Below, one piece after another: positions 19,673 to 29,335 of a DNA stretch of 64,000 nt. The notes beneath the pieces were generated by a model that worked only from the letters and a program-made list of their open reading frames with translations, ran no database searches and was not told the DNA's origin. The position numbers were made by a program, and so were the translations under genes. Source of the stretch: a virus (Duplodnaviria; Caudoviricetes); IMG/VR virus record IMGVR_UViG_3300021426_000002, positions 89,203 through 153,202 of that record; one strand, given 5' to 3'. Numbering within the stretch: the stretch's first letter is position 1; each line of letters starts with the position of its first letter.

Positions 19673-20126
19673 AGAAATAAAGATTTATACTTGCGGAAAA
19701 ATGAAAGGCTTGACATATGAAGAACAAATGTCTTGGCGCAATAACATTCAACGGTTGATCGAAAACCGGTTTAGATACTCAAATGATGGAAGTACAAAGC
19801 TGATTTTCGTTCATCCTCCGCAGTATTACAGATATGACAAAGACTATCAGAAATCAGAGCGAGAAATTATGGAATGGGAATTAAACCAAATCCGTGATAC
19901 CGACATTCTCATTATTAATGCCGAAGGCATTGGTGAAAGTATCGGTTCGCATTTTGAAATGGGTGTAGCGTGGTCTATGAACCATTTCGGCAATAAACAT
20001 ATTTCGGTAATTGGTATCAACGAAAATGAAGAATGTTTGCATCCGTGGATTCAAGAATCTTTTTTGCGTGTTGAAGATTCTATGAGCGATGCTGCTGATT
20101 TCATCGTTGAATACTTAATTATATAA
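19665..20126 (+). CDS. nucleoside 2-deoxyribosyltransferase-like protein
   Basis: IYTCG.M.G...WR, D+L+ and SIGSHFEMG pattern. Confidence 0.65.
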   Translation: MSKEIKIYTCGKMKGLTYEEQMSWRNNIQRLIENRFRYSNDGSTKLIFVHPPQYYRYDKDYQKSEREIMEWELNQIRDTDILIINAEGIGESIGSHFEMGVAWSMNHFGNKHISVIGINENEECLHPWIQESFLRVEDSMSDAADFIVEYLII

Positions 20127-20146
20127 AAACTAATTGGAGGTACTTA

Positions 20147-20353
20147 TTGGAGCAAATAATTTTATACAAAACGCCTACATGCCCGAAGTGTAAGGTTTTG
20201 AAAAAGAAGTTAGAAGACAAAGGTGTTGAGTTTACGGAGAACGAAGATATTGATGAAATGCTGTCTATGGGTATCATGAACGCTCCAACGCTCAGTGTCA
20301 ATGGTGAATTACTTGATTTCATGAGTGCCTTAGATTGGGTAAAAAATTACTAA
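20147..20353 (+). CDS. glutaredoxin-like (NrdH-type) redoxin
   Basis: CPKC active site; APTL.VNG; directly upstream of nrdD. Confidence 0.8.
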   Translation: MEQIILYKTPTCPKCKVLKKKLEDKGVEFTENEDIDEMLSMGIMNAPTLSVNGELLDFMSALDWVKNY

Positions 20354-20368
20354 TCGAAAGGCTAAAAC

Positions 20369-22318
20369 ATGAAAATTAATATTCGGCTTGTAAAGAATTT
20401 TGTTCTGCAATACAACAAATTGCAGACAGAATTCGGAACTGAAATTGCAAAGATCAATGGTTTTGATGATGGCCAATTAAGTTATACAGATTTTATAGAT
20501 AACTTTATTGACGAAGATACCGTAGCAGATTCTAGCATTGATGGGAATTCAAATGTCAGCCACAAAGATATTGTTACCCTTGAAAGAGAAATGCCAAAGC
20601 CACATTCGAAATTGCTTGCATTTAACAAAATCTATTATGAGATTCATAAGAGATTTGGTTTTAAAGCAGCTAATGATTGGCTTAGAGCAGAATGGATTGG
20701 TGCATTATATATGCACGATGCTCCGTCAAGTACATTCAGATCATATTGTTTTGCGTATGATTTAAAAGATTTAGCAGAAAAAGGGTTATACTTTATCGAA
20801 GGGCAAAATCCAAAACCAGCAAAACATTTAACAACGTTTGTAGATTTTGTAAAAGAATTTGTAAGTTTCGCATGTAACCGCACTTCCGGCGCTTGCGGAC
20901 TTCCTAATATCATTCCTTATATGTACTATTTTTGGAAGAAAGATGTTGATAATGATTACTTGGGAATTAGGTCTAGCGGTAATGCAAGGTATTACGCAAG
21001 ACAAAATTTCCAGCGATTCATACATGCTGTCAATCAGCCATACGTGAGAGATGGCTCGCAGTCTGCCTTTACGAATACTTCTGTATTCGATCATCCGTAC
21101 TTTGAAGCCTTGTTTGGTGGTTCAGAATTTCCGGACGGAACTTTCATGATTGACTATGAAGAAGAGATTATTGAATTCCAGAAATGGTACATGGAGGTTA
21201 TGGCTGAAATTAGGAGCGAAAACATGTTCACTTTCCCGGTGAGTACAATTTCACTTCTTAGACAAAACGGCAAATTCGTTGACCATGATTTTGCTGTATG
21301 GGCGATATCGCACAATTTGAAATGGGCGGATTCCAACCTGTTTGTTGATAGTAGCGTAAATTCTTTAAGCAACTGCTGTCGCTTAAAGAGCAACATTAAA
21401 GACTTGGGATATTTTAATTCTATTGGTGGTACTGCTCTGAAAGTTGGATCGGTAAAGGTAAACACAATTAATCTTGCTAGAATTGCACTTGATACAAATA
21501 GCGAAGAAGAATATTTAAAAGAATTAAAAAAGCGTACACGTATCTGTTTGGTCGCTCTTGACGCAGTAAGACACATTATCAGACGCAATGTTGAAAAGGG
21601 GATTCTTCCTAATTTCACATACGGTTTAATTGATTTTGAACATCTTTACAACACAATAGGCTTTATCGGCGTATATGAAACAATGAAGCGTTTCGGTTAT
21701 ATTAAAAATGATGAATTTGATAATACATTCTATACAGATGAAGCGTTTGCATTTGGTGAAAAGATTTTCAAAACAATGAGAAAAGTTGCTGATAATTTCA
21801 TTAAAGATAATAACTGCGATTATCAGATTAACACAGAGCAGATTCCAGGCGAAAGTGCTGCCGACAAACTTATGAAGAAAGATAAATTCTTCTATCCAAT
21901 GGCAGACATTTATGATCTTCCGCTTTACGGAAATCAGTTTATTCCGCTTGGTATCAAAACCACTTTGCAAGAACGTATTCATATAGCTTCTAAGTTTGAC
22001 AGCTATTGTAATGGCGGATCAATCTTGCATGTAAACATTGATGCTCCATTTGATAGTTTTGATAAAGCGTGGAAGATGGTTGAATACATTGCAGAACAAG
22101 GTGTAACGTACTTTGCTTTTAATACTAAAATTCAAGCGTGTGAGAACAATCATGCGTTCTACGGCAAAACGTGTCCTGTTTGTGGTAAACCGGTTTACAC
22201 AGAATATTCGAGAATAGTCGGATTTTACACTAAGATCAAGTCATGGTCAAAACCGAGAACTGATGAATATAAACTGCGTGAATGGGAAAACATAAACGTA
22301 ACATCAGATAAGATATAA
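20369..22318 (+). CDS. nrdD: anaerobic (class III) ribonucleoside-triphosphate reductase
   Basis: YMHD, SNCCRL, EQIPGE, C-terminal C..H...CPVCG and RIVGF glycyl-radical motif; no ATP-cone. Confidence 0.9.
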   Translation: MKINIRLVKNFVLQYNKLQTEFGTEIAKINGFDDGQLSYTDFIDNFIDEDTVADSSIDGNSNVSHKDIVTLEREMPKPHSKLLAFNKIYYEIHKRFGFKAANDWLRAEWIGALYMHDAPSSTFRSYCFAYDLKDLAEKGLYFIEGQNPKPAKHLTTFVDFVKEFVSFACNRTSGACGLPNIIPYMYYFWKKDVDNDYLGIRSSGNARYYARQNFQRFIHAVNQPYVRDGSQSAFTNTSVFDHPYFEALFGGSEFPDGTFMIDYEEEIIEFQKWYMEVMAEIRSENMFTFPVSTISLLRQNGKFVDHDFAVWAISHNLKWADSNLFVDSSVNSLSNCCRLKSNIKDLGYFNSIGGTALKVGSVKVNTINLARIALDTNSEEEYLKELKKRTRICLVALDAVRHIIRRNVEKGILPNFTYGLIDFEHLYNTIGFIGVYETMKRFGYIKNDEFDNTFYTDEAFAFGEKIFKTMRKVADNFIKDNNCDYQINTEQIPGESAADKLMKKDKFFYPMADIYDLPLYGNQFIPLGIKTTLQERIHIASKFDSYCNGGSILHVNIDAPFDSFDKAWKMVEYIAEQGVTYFAFNTKIQACENNHAFYGKTCPVCGKPVYTEYSRIVGFYTKIKSWSKPRTDEYKLREWENINVTSDKI

Positions 22319-22331
22319 TTCAAAAACAAAT

Positions 22332-22811
22332 ATGACAATCAAGGGTCTTGTGGAAGAGGATTTTGTAAATTACAAAGTCCCTTCCATGTTTATTATTACA
22401 AGCTATTGCACATTTAAATGTGATAAAGAAAGCGGAACTAAATGCTGCCAAAATAGTTCTCTTGTATTCCAGAAAAATATCCACATAAGAAATGAAAAAA
22501 TTGTAGAACGATATATCAATAATCCAATATCAGAAGCGATTGTATTCGGCGGTTTAGAGCCAATAGATCAATTCGCTGACGTTATCGACATTATTAAACA
22601 ATTACGAATCAATCATCATTGTAACGATGATGTAGTAATTTATACCGGATACTATGAAAAAGAATGTGCTGACGAAATCAAAGCGCTGAAAGAATTTCCG
22701 AACGTGGTTATTAAGTTTGGCAGATTTATTCCAAATCACGAAAAACATTATGATAAAGTATTGGGAGTTTATCTTTCATCGGATAACCAGTACGCAAAAA
22801 GAATAAGTTAG
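22332..22811 (+). CDS. nrdG: anaerobic RNR activating protein
   Basis: C.FKC...CCQN cysteine cluster, GGLEP, YTGY and SSDNQ; follows nrdD. Confidence 0.85.
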   Translation: MTIKGLVEEDFVNYKVPSMFIITSYCTFKCDKESGTKCCQNSSLVFQKNIHIRNEKIVERYINNPISEAIVFGGLEPIDQFADVIDIIKQLRINHHCNDDVVIYTGYYEKECADEIKALKEFPNVVIKFGRFIPNHEKHYDKVLGVYLSSDNQYAKRIS

Positions 22812-22820
22812 GAGAAAGAA

Positions 22821-23330
22821 TTGGTAAGAGTAGGCGAATTTGAAAAAGTAAGCTATGAAGAATTTCATCAGAGCATGAAAGATATAAACGGCGATTATCC
22901 GGATTATTGGATTAAAGAAATCTATGACAACGTTAAACTGCCAAAAAGAGCAACGTCCGGATCGGCTGGTTATGACTTCTATGCACCGCACGCTATTACA
23001 CTTGCGCCAGGAGAAACAATAAAGATTGCCACAGGCATAAGAGTAAAAATTGAAGAAGGATGGGTATTGCTTGTGTTCCCACGTAGCGGGTTGGGATTCA
23101 AGTATCGTATGCAGCTTAACAATACTGTTGGTGTTATAGACTCCGATTATTATTACTCTGATAACGAAGGCCATATTTTTGCGAAGATCACAAATGACAG
23201 CAACGAAGATAAGACAATTGATATTCAAGCTGGTCATGGCATAATGCAAGGTATATTCATGCCGTTTGGATTAACTTATTCAGACAATGCCGATGGTGTA
23301 AGAAATGGCGGGTTAGGAAGTACGACATGA
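22821..23330 (+). CDS. dut: trimeric dUTPase
   Basis: SAGYD, PRSG, GVIDSDY, Q and RNGGLGST motifs. Confidence 0.95.
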   Translation: MVRVGEFEKVSYEEFHQSMKDINGDYPDYWIKEIYDNVKLPKRATSGSAGYDFYAPHAITLAPGETIKIATGIRVKIEEGWVLLVFPRSGLGFKYRMQLNNTVGVIDSDYYYSDNEGHIFAKITNDSNEDKTIDIQAGHGIMQGIFMPFGLTYSDNADGVRNGGLGSTT

Positions 23331-23728
23331 GATTTTGCGAAGAGATGGAAAAGTTAATCAAGGAAACCGGCGTTAAACTTATTAGATTAGACGAAGATGA
23401 AATTGAAGAAAGAAACCATCTCAAATATCTGTTGGAAGGTTATAAAACCGCACTAAAGATATTCGAAGAAAATCTGAGAGACAGCTTGATAGTTGGTGAA
23501 ATTTATTATGTGGTTAATTACAAAGATGGCTTAACCACAATGCCAATTATCGAGAAAATGAAGTTGTACAAAATTGCGAAACGGCAATACTGCTTTACAT
23601 ACGATCTCAAAAAGAATGGTTGGATTCTTAAAGAAAATCAAAATCTGCGTCTTGGTGCTAAAGAAGTAACAAAGCGAGTTTTCGCAAATGAAGCAATGGC
23701 GAGAAAAGCAATAGGATTAAAGGATTAA
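23327..23728 (+). CDS. hypothetical protein
   Basis: ORF with ATGA overlap; no recognised motif. Confidence 0.5.
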   Translation: MRFCEEMEKLIKETGVKLIRLDEDEIEERNHLKYLLEGYKTALKIFEENLRDSLIVGEIYYVVNYKDGLTTMPIIEKMKLYKIAKRQYCFTYDLKKNGWILKENQNLRLGAKEVTKRVFANEAMARKAIGLKD

Positions 23729-23730
23729 AA

Positions 23731-23913
23731 ATGTTATACTATACTGTGAAAGATTTACAAGAGATGATGGGAATAAGTAGAAATACTGCGTATAAGATGG
23801 CAGATGTTGATGGCGTGGCTTGCATGAGATTAGGCGGTAAGCTGCTATTTGACAAAGAAGCATTTGACAAATGGCGCAGACAGCATATCAACAAAGTAGT
23901 GGATATCAAATAA
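23731..23913 (+). CDS. excisionase-like HTH_17 DNA-binding protein
   Basis: YTVKDLQEMMGISRNTAY...RLGGK; adjacent to attP and the integrase. Confidence 0.75.
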   Translation: MLYYTVKDLQEMMGISRNTAYKMADVDGVACMRLGGKLLFDKEAFDKWRRQHINKVVDIK

Positions 23914-24017
23914 CAAAGTGATACACGAAAACCAAAGTGAAACAAAAAGTGAAACAATCACATAACTGAATTGAATATTTGTTGAATATAAGGGAAAAAT
24001 CGCAAGTGCATTGATTA

Positions 24018-24059
24018 TCTCCAAAACCGTCAATGCGGGTTCGATTCCTGCTTCCCCTG
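24018..24059 (+). other. attP core: 3' half of tRNA-Trp(CCA)
   Basis: TCTCCAAAACCG-TCAAT-GCGGG-TTCGATT-CCTGC-TTCCCCTG gives the anticodon loop, T-arm and 3' acceptor strand of a Firmicute tRNA-Trp. No 5' half upstream; lies between xis and int. Confidence 0.85.
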
Positions 24060-24072
24060 TTACTTTCACACC

Positions 24073-24129
24073 AAAAGGCGAGTGTTGAAAAACGTTGTAT
24101 TTACGGCATTTTTCGGCACTTGCTTTTTT
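24073..24129 (+). terminator. stem-loop terminator downstream of the tRNA fragment
   Basis: AAAGGCGAGTGTTGAAAAA...TTTTTCGGCACTTGCTTTTTT inverted repeat with T-run. Confidence 0.65.
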
Positions 24130-24252
24130 ATTTGTCTTGGTTTATAATTGAGTTACACACAAACAAACATTCTGTTTTGTACCAAAATTACATAATTTGT
24201 ACCACCAAGTTTGAAACAAAAGTGAAACAAATAGGTCAAAGGAGGATGTGTC

Positions 24253-25548
24253 ATGAGTAGCAAATTACCTAAGAAATTGCCAAAGCTGCCATACGGTCAA
24301 GGAAGTTTTACGTGGGCGAACAAAGAACATACGAATATCAAATTTCAAAAGTTATACACTAATAAATTCGACAAGTCGGATAAGCCCCGAAAAAAGAGAC
24401 TTATCGTGTACGGCAGATCAATTTCTGAGTGTTATGAGCGCATGTCTGAAAAGGAGCGTCTTGAAAACTCCCAAAACAAGGCAGTTTATAAGACTTCAAT
24501 TTTCAATAAAAACGTAATTTTATCAAACGCAATGTATGACTGGCTAAAGAAGTCAAAATACCAGAAGACTAAGGCTAATTCGTATGATCGGAACGAATGC
24601 ACAATTAAAAACCAGATTGAATACTATGACATTGGTTTAAAGCCTGTAATTGAAATTGAAACAAAAGATATAGCGGAACACATACACTATTTGCAGTATG
24701 AGCATAACGGCGGGAAAGGATATTCATATTCAACCGTCAAAAAGACATATGAAATTTTAGATCAGTTTTTCGCTTACTACCACCAGAAGAATCCAACAGA
24801 TAATCCTATGCTTGGCGTGGTTCGTCCGGTTCAGCGAAAAGAAGTAGGAGAGATAACGCTAGAAGACGCAAACACTTCCGCTGAAATCAAAGACTTAGTT
24901 TTGTCTGACGAAGAGATTAAAACATTTAAAGCTGCATGTTACGAACAACCGCAAAACGGCAGAATCGGCGGTACAAAATACGGTGTTGCTTTATACTTTA
25001 TCCTTGTCACATTCTTACGAATAGGAGAAGCAACGGCATTAACCTGGTCGGACATTGATTTTGAAAACAAAATATTAAGAGTGACAAAAGCTGTATCACG
25101 TGTCCGCAACAGAGATAATGGCGCAAAAGCAAAAACAAAAGTCATTCTGACAAAACCCAAAACAGTTAAGTCAATGCGAGAAGTGGCTTTAACAGACGAA
25201 GCAATAGAAGCGCTGAACCACATAAAGGATCACAGCAATTTTACAGCGCCAACAGATTATGTGCTTGCCACCCAAAAAGGAACAAAGGTATTAGAACAAA
25301 ATCTGTTAAGAGTTTTAAAAGGCAAATTGAAATCGTGTGGTTTGAATAAGAACGGTGAAAGAGATAAATTCACATTACACTTTTTACGGCATACCGGCAT
25401 AAGCTATTACTTACGTCACGGAGTATCACTTGACGTTATATCTCAAATGGCTGGTCACGCTTCAACGGCAATTACTATTCAAACCTACTATCATGTAATC
25501 AAATCGCAAAAAGAAGAAGCACTAAAACAAATGAATTCCATTGGCTAA
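24253..25548 (+). CDS. int: tyrosine integrase
   Basis: LRIGEATAL.W.DIDF, KPKT, HFLRHT, AGH and terminal Y; next to attP. Confidence 0.9.
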   Translation: MSSKLPKKLPKLPYGQGSFTWANKEHTNIKFQKLYTNKFDKSDKPRKKRLIVYGRSISECYERMSEKERLENSQNKAVYKTSIFNKNVILSNAMYDWLKKSKYQKTKANSYDRNECTIKNQIEYYDIGLKPVIEIETKDIAEHIHYLQYEHNGGKGYSYSTVKKTYEILDQFFAYYHQKNPTDNPMLGVVRPVQRKEVGEITLEDANTSAEIKDLVLSDEEIKTFKAACYEQPQNGRIGGTKYGVALYFILVTFLRIGEATALTWSDIDFENKILRVTKAVSRVRNRDNGAKAKTKVILTKPKTVKSMREVALTDEAIEALNHIKDHSNFTAPTDYVLATQKGTKVLEQNLLRVLKGKLKSCGLNKNGERDKFTLHFLRHTGISYYLRHGVSLDVISQMAGHASTAITIQTYYHVIKSQKEEALKQMNSIG

Positions 25549-25592
25549 AAAAAATAAGGGGACTACAGAAATAATATCTGTAATCCCCTTTA
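25549..25592. terminator. rho-independent terminator where the two arms converge
   Basis: AAGGGGACTACAGA-loop-TCTGTAATCCCCTT flanked by A/T runs. Confidence 0.8.
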
Positions 25593-25747
25593 TGATTCTA
25601 TATACAGCCATAGTTAGCAACTGTTTTCAATATCCAATTCTATATGTAATATACTTCAATGAGTGTTTGTTCGAATAAATAATTCTAATTGAAATTAACC
25701 TTGAAAAACCGTATTTAACTATAGTGTCATACAGCACGTTAATACGT

Positions 25748-26758
25748 TTAATGGAATGCCATATAGTCGTTCTTGATCTTTGCTTCTGATAAGTGCGCAT
25801 ATCTCAATGTTGTACTTGTCAGAGAATGACCTAATATTTTTCCGATTGTCTCAATAGGCATACCACGATTTACCATACTTGTTGCCATCGTGTGTCTGAA
25901 TCTATGTGGTATAATATTATTAACATGACTTTCATCTTGTAAACCATGTAGCAATTTTCTCACACCCCCGGACGTAAGGCGGTCATAAGGACTTCTCATA
26001 GAGACGAATAGCGCTTCATTGTTATCTTTGCGTTCATCCAAATATGATTTAAGCGAAACGATTGTACGTCCGTCAATATACGCTTTTCTCCATTTACCGC
26101 CTTTACCATAAACAAGAATTTCACGATTGATGAAATCTACATCATTTCGATTCATACCGACACATTCTGAAATCCGGATTCCGGAAGAAGTTAGCAAATC
26201 AATAATTGCTCGATCTCTTTTAGTCTTGCACGATTCTCTGATTTTCTCAATATCCGTATCTGAATATTCCGTTCGTGGTTTTGAATGATCTCTTGCTGTC
26301 TTAATTCTTACAGCCGGATTCTTTTCAATATATTCTTCTTCATACAACCATGTGAAAAAGCTGCGTATGATACTTTTGCGCTGATTCATTGTGCTATCTG
26401 AAATCGGTTTACCGGTCTTTGCACTCTTGCTAATCTTTTGTAAATATAATCTCAGATGATTTGTCGTAATGCTGCTTAATGGCATCGCCAAGAAGTATAA
26501 CATATCTTCCAAACACATTTTGTACTGCTGTTTAGACATTACTGACAATTTACCATCTTGCTCTTTTGAAGCCATAAATATAAAATACGCTTGCGGTAAT
26601 TGATATTGCGCCAAAGACAATTCTGTTGTGACTGGTTTAATGTCATAATTCAGAGTATACACATTCAAAGCATCTCTGATAAATCTTAGTTGCTCTGTGC
26701 TAAACGAATTGTCAAACTTTAGCATGAAGCCATCAACAAAAGAAGAATAGTCTGACAT
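25748..26758 (-). CDS. XerD-like tyrosine recombinase
   Basis: SGIRISE, GKGGK.R, HRFRHT, LGH and TT.RY motifs. Confidence 0.9.
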   Translation of the reverse strand: MSDYSSFVDGFMLKFDNSFSTEQLRFIRDALNVYTLNYDIKPVTTELSLAQYQLPQAYFIFMASKEQDGKLSVMSKQQYKMCLEDMLYFLAMPLSSITTNHLRLYLQKISKSAKTGKPISDSTMNQRKSIIRSFFTWLYEEEYIEKNPAVRIKTARDHSKPRTEYSDTDIEKIRESCKTKRDRAIIDLLTSSGIRISECVGMNRNDVDFINREILVYGKGGKWRKAYIDGRTIVSLKSYLDERKDNNEALFVSMRSPYDRLTSGGVRKLLHGLQDESHVNNIIPHRFRHTMATSMVNRGMPIETIGKILGHSLTSTTLRYAHLSEAKIKNDYMAFH

Positions 26759-26802
26759 TGCTATTTCCTTTCTGTGCTACGATCTTACTTTAAGTTATAC
26801 TA

Positions 26803-26851
26803 ATTATATCACAAAGAGAACAGAAAATCAATACTTTTCTGTAATAGTTTT
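26803..26851 (-). promoter_or_regulatory. sigma-A promoter of the XerD-like gene, preceded by the conserved motif
   Basis: Minus strand: AAAACTATTACAGAAAAG (26851-26834), TTGATT (26831-26826), 17-bp spacer, TGaTATAAT (-10 at 26808-26803). Confidence 0.75.
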
Positions 26852-26888
26852 GTCAGACTGTTCTACTGAAAATGGGCGTTTAGTTGAC

Positions 26889-28601
26889 TTATGTTTGCGA
26901 TATAAGCTCCTGCGTCGAGTAGTTGTAACACAGTGTATTCTTCGGGCGCATATATGCATCAAAGGTGTCTCCGCATCGTATGAGTTTAACCAGCTTATTA
27001 ACTCGGTCTACAACTACAAGCGTGCCAGAATAATCAGCCGCCCTTGTCTCTGTGGGCTTTCCTCCAGATCTGTTCATAATAAGTGCAAACTGATTTGGGT
27101 ATGCGGTCATGTGACCAATTTTATCTCTGTGCGTATGCCCCGTCAGCCAACAGATAAACTCGCCGCCTGCTGTTATAAAGTCAGCAACAGCACTCGCCGC
27201 CGTTCCGTCAAATCGCAAGTTAGAATGGTAGCCGACCTCATCTGGGTCTTCATACCATGTCCAATTACAATCTGTATCTCCAGTGAAGCCACCGTCCGTG
27301 CCATGTGCAACACAAATTACGCTCTTTGCACCAACCCTTGCAGATTCAAGAACGTTCACAAGCCATGCTCTTTGCGTTGCATCCCAGAACATTGCATCAA
27401 GGTAAATTACTCTGATAAGGCTGTAATCTTTATAGTAATAGTTGAGACCAAGTTCCGCCGCATTGGCAGGTTGTACCACTCCCCACCCGGATATATACGG
27501 TGCAAGATATCTGTCGTATACTTCTTTTTGTGTCTTTGCCCACCATGTGATTTTGTTATTTTCATCATAGGCTGCAGAATCGTGGTTTCCTATTACGGCA
27601 AGTGCTTTTTGTGCAAGTTCAGAATTAAAATAGTTTGAGTTTGCAGTTGATGCATACTCATAACGAGCAGTGTCTCCACCATTTACGATTTCATCTATTT
27701 GCTCAGCATGTTCTGAAGCATAGTGCGAAAGTCTGACAATTGCTCCGAGATTAGCATGTATATCCGTTATAAAAAACAGCTTCAGCTTTGCGGCAGAAGA
27801 ATCCATGATGGCGTGTTTTTCCGGAATATATTTGTCATTAAAGGTTACGTCTACGATTACAAGTTCGAACACTGCATTATTATATGTGCCCTTACCGAGT
27901 GTGAAGCATATCATTTCAGGAATTTTGGTACACGTCCATTCACTGTTTTTAGATTGATACAGCACCTCATTGCTGTTGTCCTGTATGCGCACATCAAAGA
28001 AATTATCAAGGGCACTCGTTCCCGTCCACTCATATGTGCCTGATATAAGGCGTACCCCGAAGTAGTACCTGTGACCAAGCACGAACGCATTAACGGGACT
28101 ATACCATGCAGGTCTGTTTGCGTATGTCGGTGCAGTTGAGGAAACCACAGTCGAACCATCGTTGAATACGGCAAATCTAAGCAGGTTTCCAGTAGTTTGC
28201 GCTCCATCAAAAATATAGTAGTTTTTTAACCGCTTTATTTTTGTTAAGCCACCATACGTCCTCACGTCCCCACTTTTATACGGAAATATATCATTTCCGC
28301 CCTCAAAATCGTTAACTTCAATATCTCCCAAGTCCCCTAAATCAGCCTTTAGTCCATCAATATCTGTTCCAATAGCTGCTTTGTCTGCATCAAGTCTAGC
28401 CTTTAAAGTGGGATAAGTTGTCGAACCGGACACCCTTGCATCTGAAACTTCTGTCAGAGAAGGATCGCCTTCCGGCGCAACAATATTGTCAATTCTTGTA
28501 GATAGAGCCTGGTCTGCTTCTTCTCTAGCATCCTGTTCAGTGGAGTAAGCAACACCTAAAGACTCTAACGTTACAAGTTTGTCTTTTACATTAATTGCCA
28601 T
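26889..28601 (-). CDS. tail-associated protein with C-terminal calcineurin-like metallophosphoesterase
   Basis: N-terminal RIDNI...EVSDARV...YPTLKARLD (tail-appendage-type anchor); C-terminal TDIH, NGGD, GNHD and GHTH motifs. Confidence 0.7.
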   Translation of the reverse strand: MAINVKDKLVTLESLGVAYSTEQDAREEADQALSTRIDNIVAPEGDPSLTEVSDARVSGSTTYPTLKARLDADKAAIGTDIDGLKADLGDLGDIEVNDFEGGNDIFPYKSGDVRTYGGLTKIKRLKNYYIFDGAQTTGNLLRFAVFNDGSTVVSSTAPTYANRPAWYSPVNAFVLGHRYYFGVRLISGTYEWTGTSALDNFFDVRIQDNSNEVLYQSKNSEWTCTKIPEMICFTLGKGTYNNAVFELVIVDVTFNDKYIPEKHAIMDSSAAKLKLFFITDIHANLGAIVRLSHYASEHAEQIDEIVNGGDTARYEYASTANSNYFNSELAQKALAVIGNHDSAAYDENNKITWWAKTQKEVYDRYLAPYISGWGVVQPANAAELGLNYYYKDYSLIRVIYLDAMFWDATQRAWLVNVLESARVGAKSVICVAHGTDGGFTGDTDCNWTWYEDPDEVGYHSNLRFDGTAASAVADFITAGGEFICWLTGHTHRDKIGHMTAYPNQFALIMNRSGGKPTETRAADYSGTLVVVDRVNKLVKLIRCGDTFDAYMRPKNTLCYNYSTQELISQT

Positions 28602-28610
28602 AGCTTCTCC

Positions 28611-28892
28611 TTAAATATTTAAAAAGTTTTTAGTTTCATCTACAGATGCAATATTGTCTTCGCTAATACCGCTACCGCCAGAACCACCGCTAGAAGTGAT
28701 CTCTTTCCATGTGCCGGTATTGTCTAAAATATAAGTTTTCTGCGTATCCATTAAAAATGCCTTAGACGCAACGGAACAACCGCCACTACCCAAAGCCGGA
28801 AGATTCTGCAAATCACTAGAACTATCGCACATAAATTCCATGTAGTTAAACGGCCTTCCGTCACCGCCTTGTTTGATTGTTGTAATCATCAA
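28611..28892 (-). CDS. hypothetical tail-module protein
   Basis: ORF with RBS; Gly/Ser linker. Confidence 0.5.
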   Translation of the reverse strand: MMITTIKQGGDGRPFNYMEFMCDSSSDLQNLPALGSGGCSVASKAFLMDTQKTYILDNTGTWKEITSSGGSGGSGISEDNIASVDETKNFLNI

Positions 28893-28903
28893 TCAACCCT
28901 CCA

Positions 28904-29323
28904 TTATGTAATACCTAAATACGCTTTCATTTCTTCAACAGTGGCAACATAGCCATCTGCATCTTCGTCTTCATCTTCTCCACCCTCGCCAGGATCATAG
29001 CGCTGCCCGATAATGTTAAACTCAATCGCATTTGATGTAGCTTTAACCGTACCGCCAGCACCGCCGACACCATACAATTCAAGCATACACACACCTTCTT
29101 CAAGTCCGGATGGCACATAGCAAGAGTTTTCATTGTCAAGAGTTTTGATATGTTTAACCTCTTCACCATCAACCATTTGCGTGAAGACAGCTTTGATTAA
29201 CATATCATCCCAATCAGATGTTAAAGTGAAGATCATTTTAATAAAGTTTGCGCTACCAGTTACAATCTTGAAATTGGAAGGCAACCTTAAATTCTGACCG
29301 TTTACTTTTACATAAATGTTCAT
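28904..29323 (-). CDS. hypothetical protein (BppU N-terminal-like baseplate protein)
   Basis: GSANFIKMIF...W...KAVF pattern; position in the tail module. Confidence 0.45.
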   Translation of the reverse strand: MNIYVKVNGQNLRLPSNFKIVTGSANFIKMIFTLTSDWDDMLIKAVFTQMVDGEEVKHIKTLDNENSCYVPSGLEEGVCMLELYGVGGAGGTVKATSNAIEFNIIGQRYDPGEGGEDEDEDADGYVATVEEMKAYLGIT

Positions 29324-29335
29324 ATTGCTAACCCT

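Larger units (their letters stand above)
23915..24230 (+). repeat. integrase arm-type direct repeats flanking the attP core
   Basis: AAAGTGAAACAA at 23934, 23946 and 24219; degenerate copies at 23915 and about 24209. Confidence 0.75.

Noticed and set aside
23985-24065. Complete phage tRNA-Trp gene
   Set aside because: Only the anticodon loop to the 3' acceptor strand is present. Upstream bases cannot form the D-arm, the 5' anticodon stem or the 5' acceptor strand, so it is interpreted as the attP core.
26850-27638. 262-aa plus-strand ORF and other antisense ORFs in the track
   Set aside because: They lie opposite well-supported genes, have no RBS or motifs, and are treated as shadow frames.
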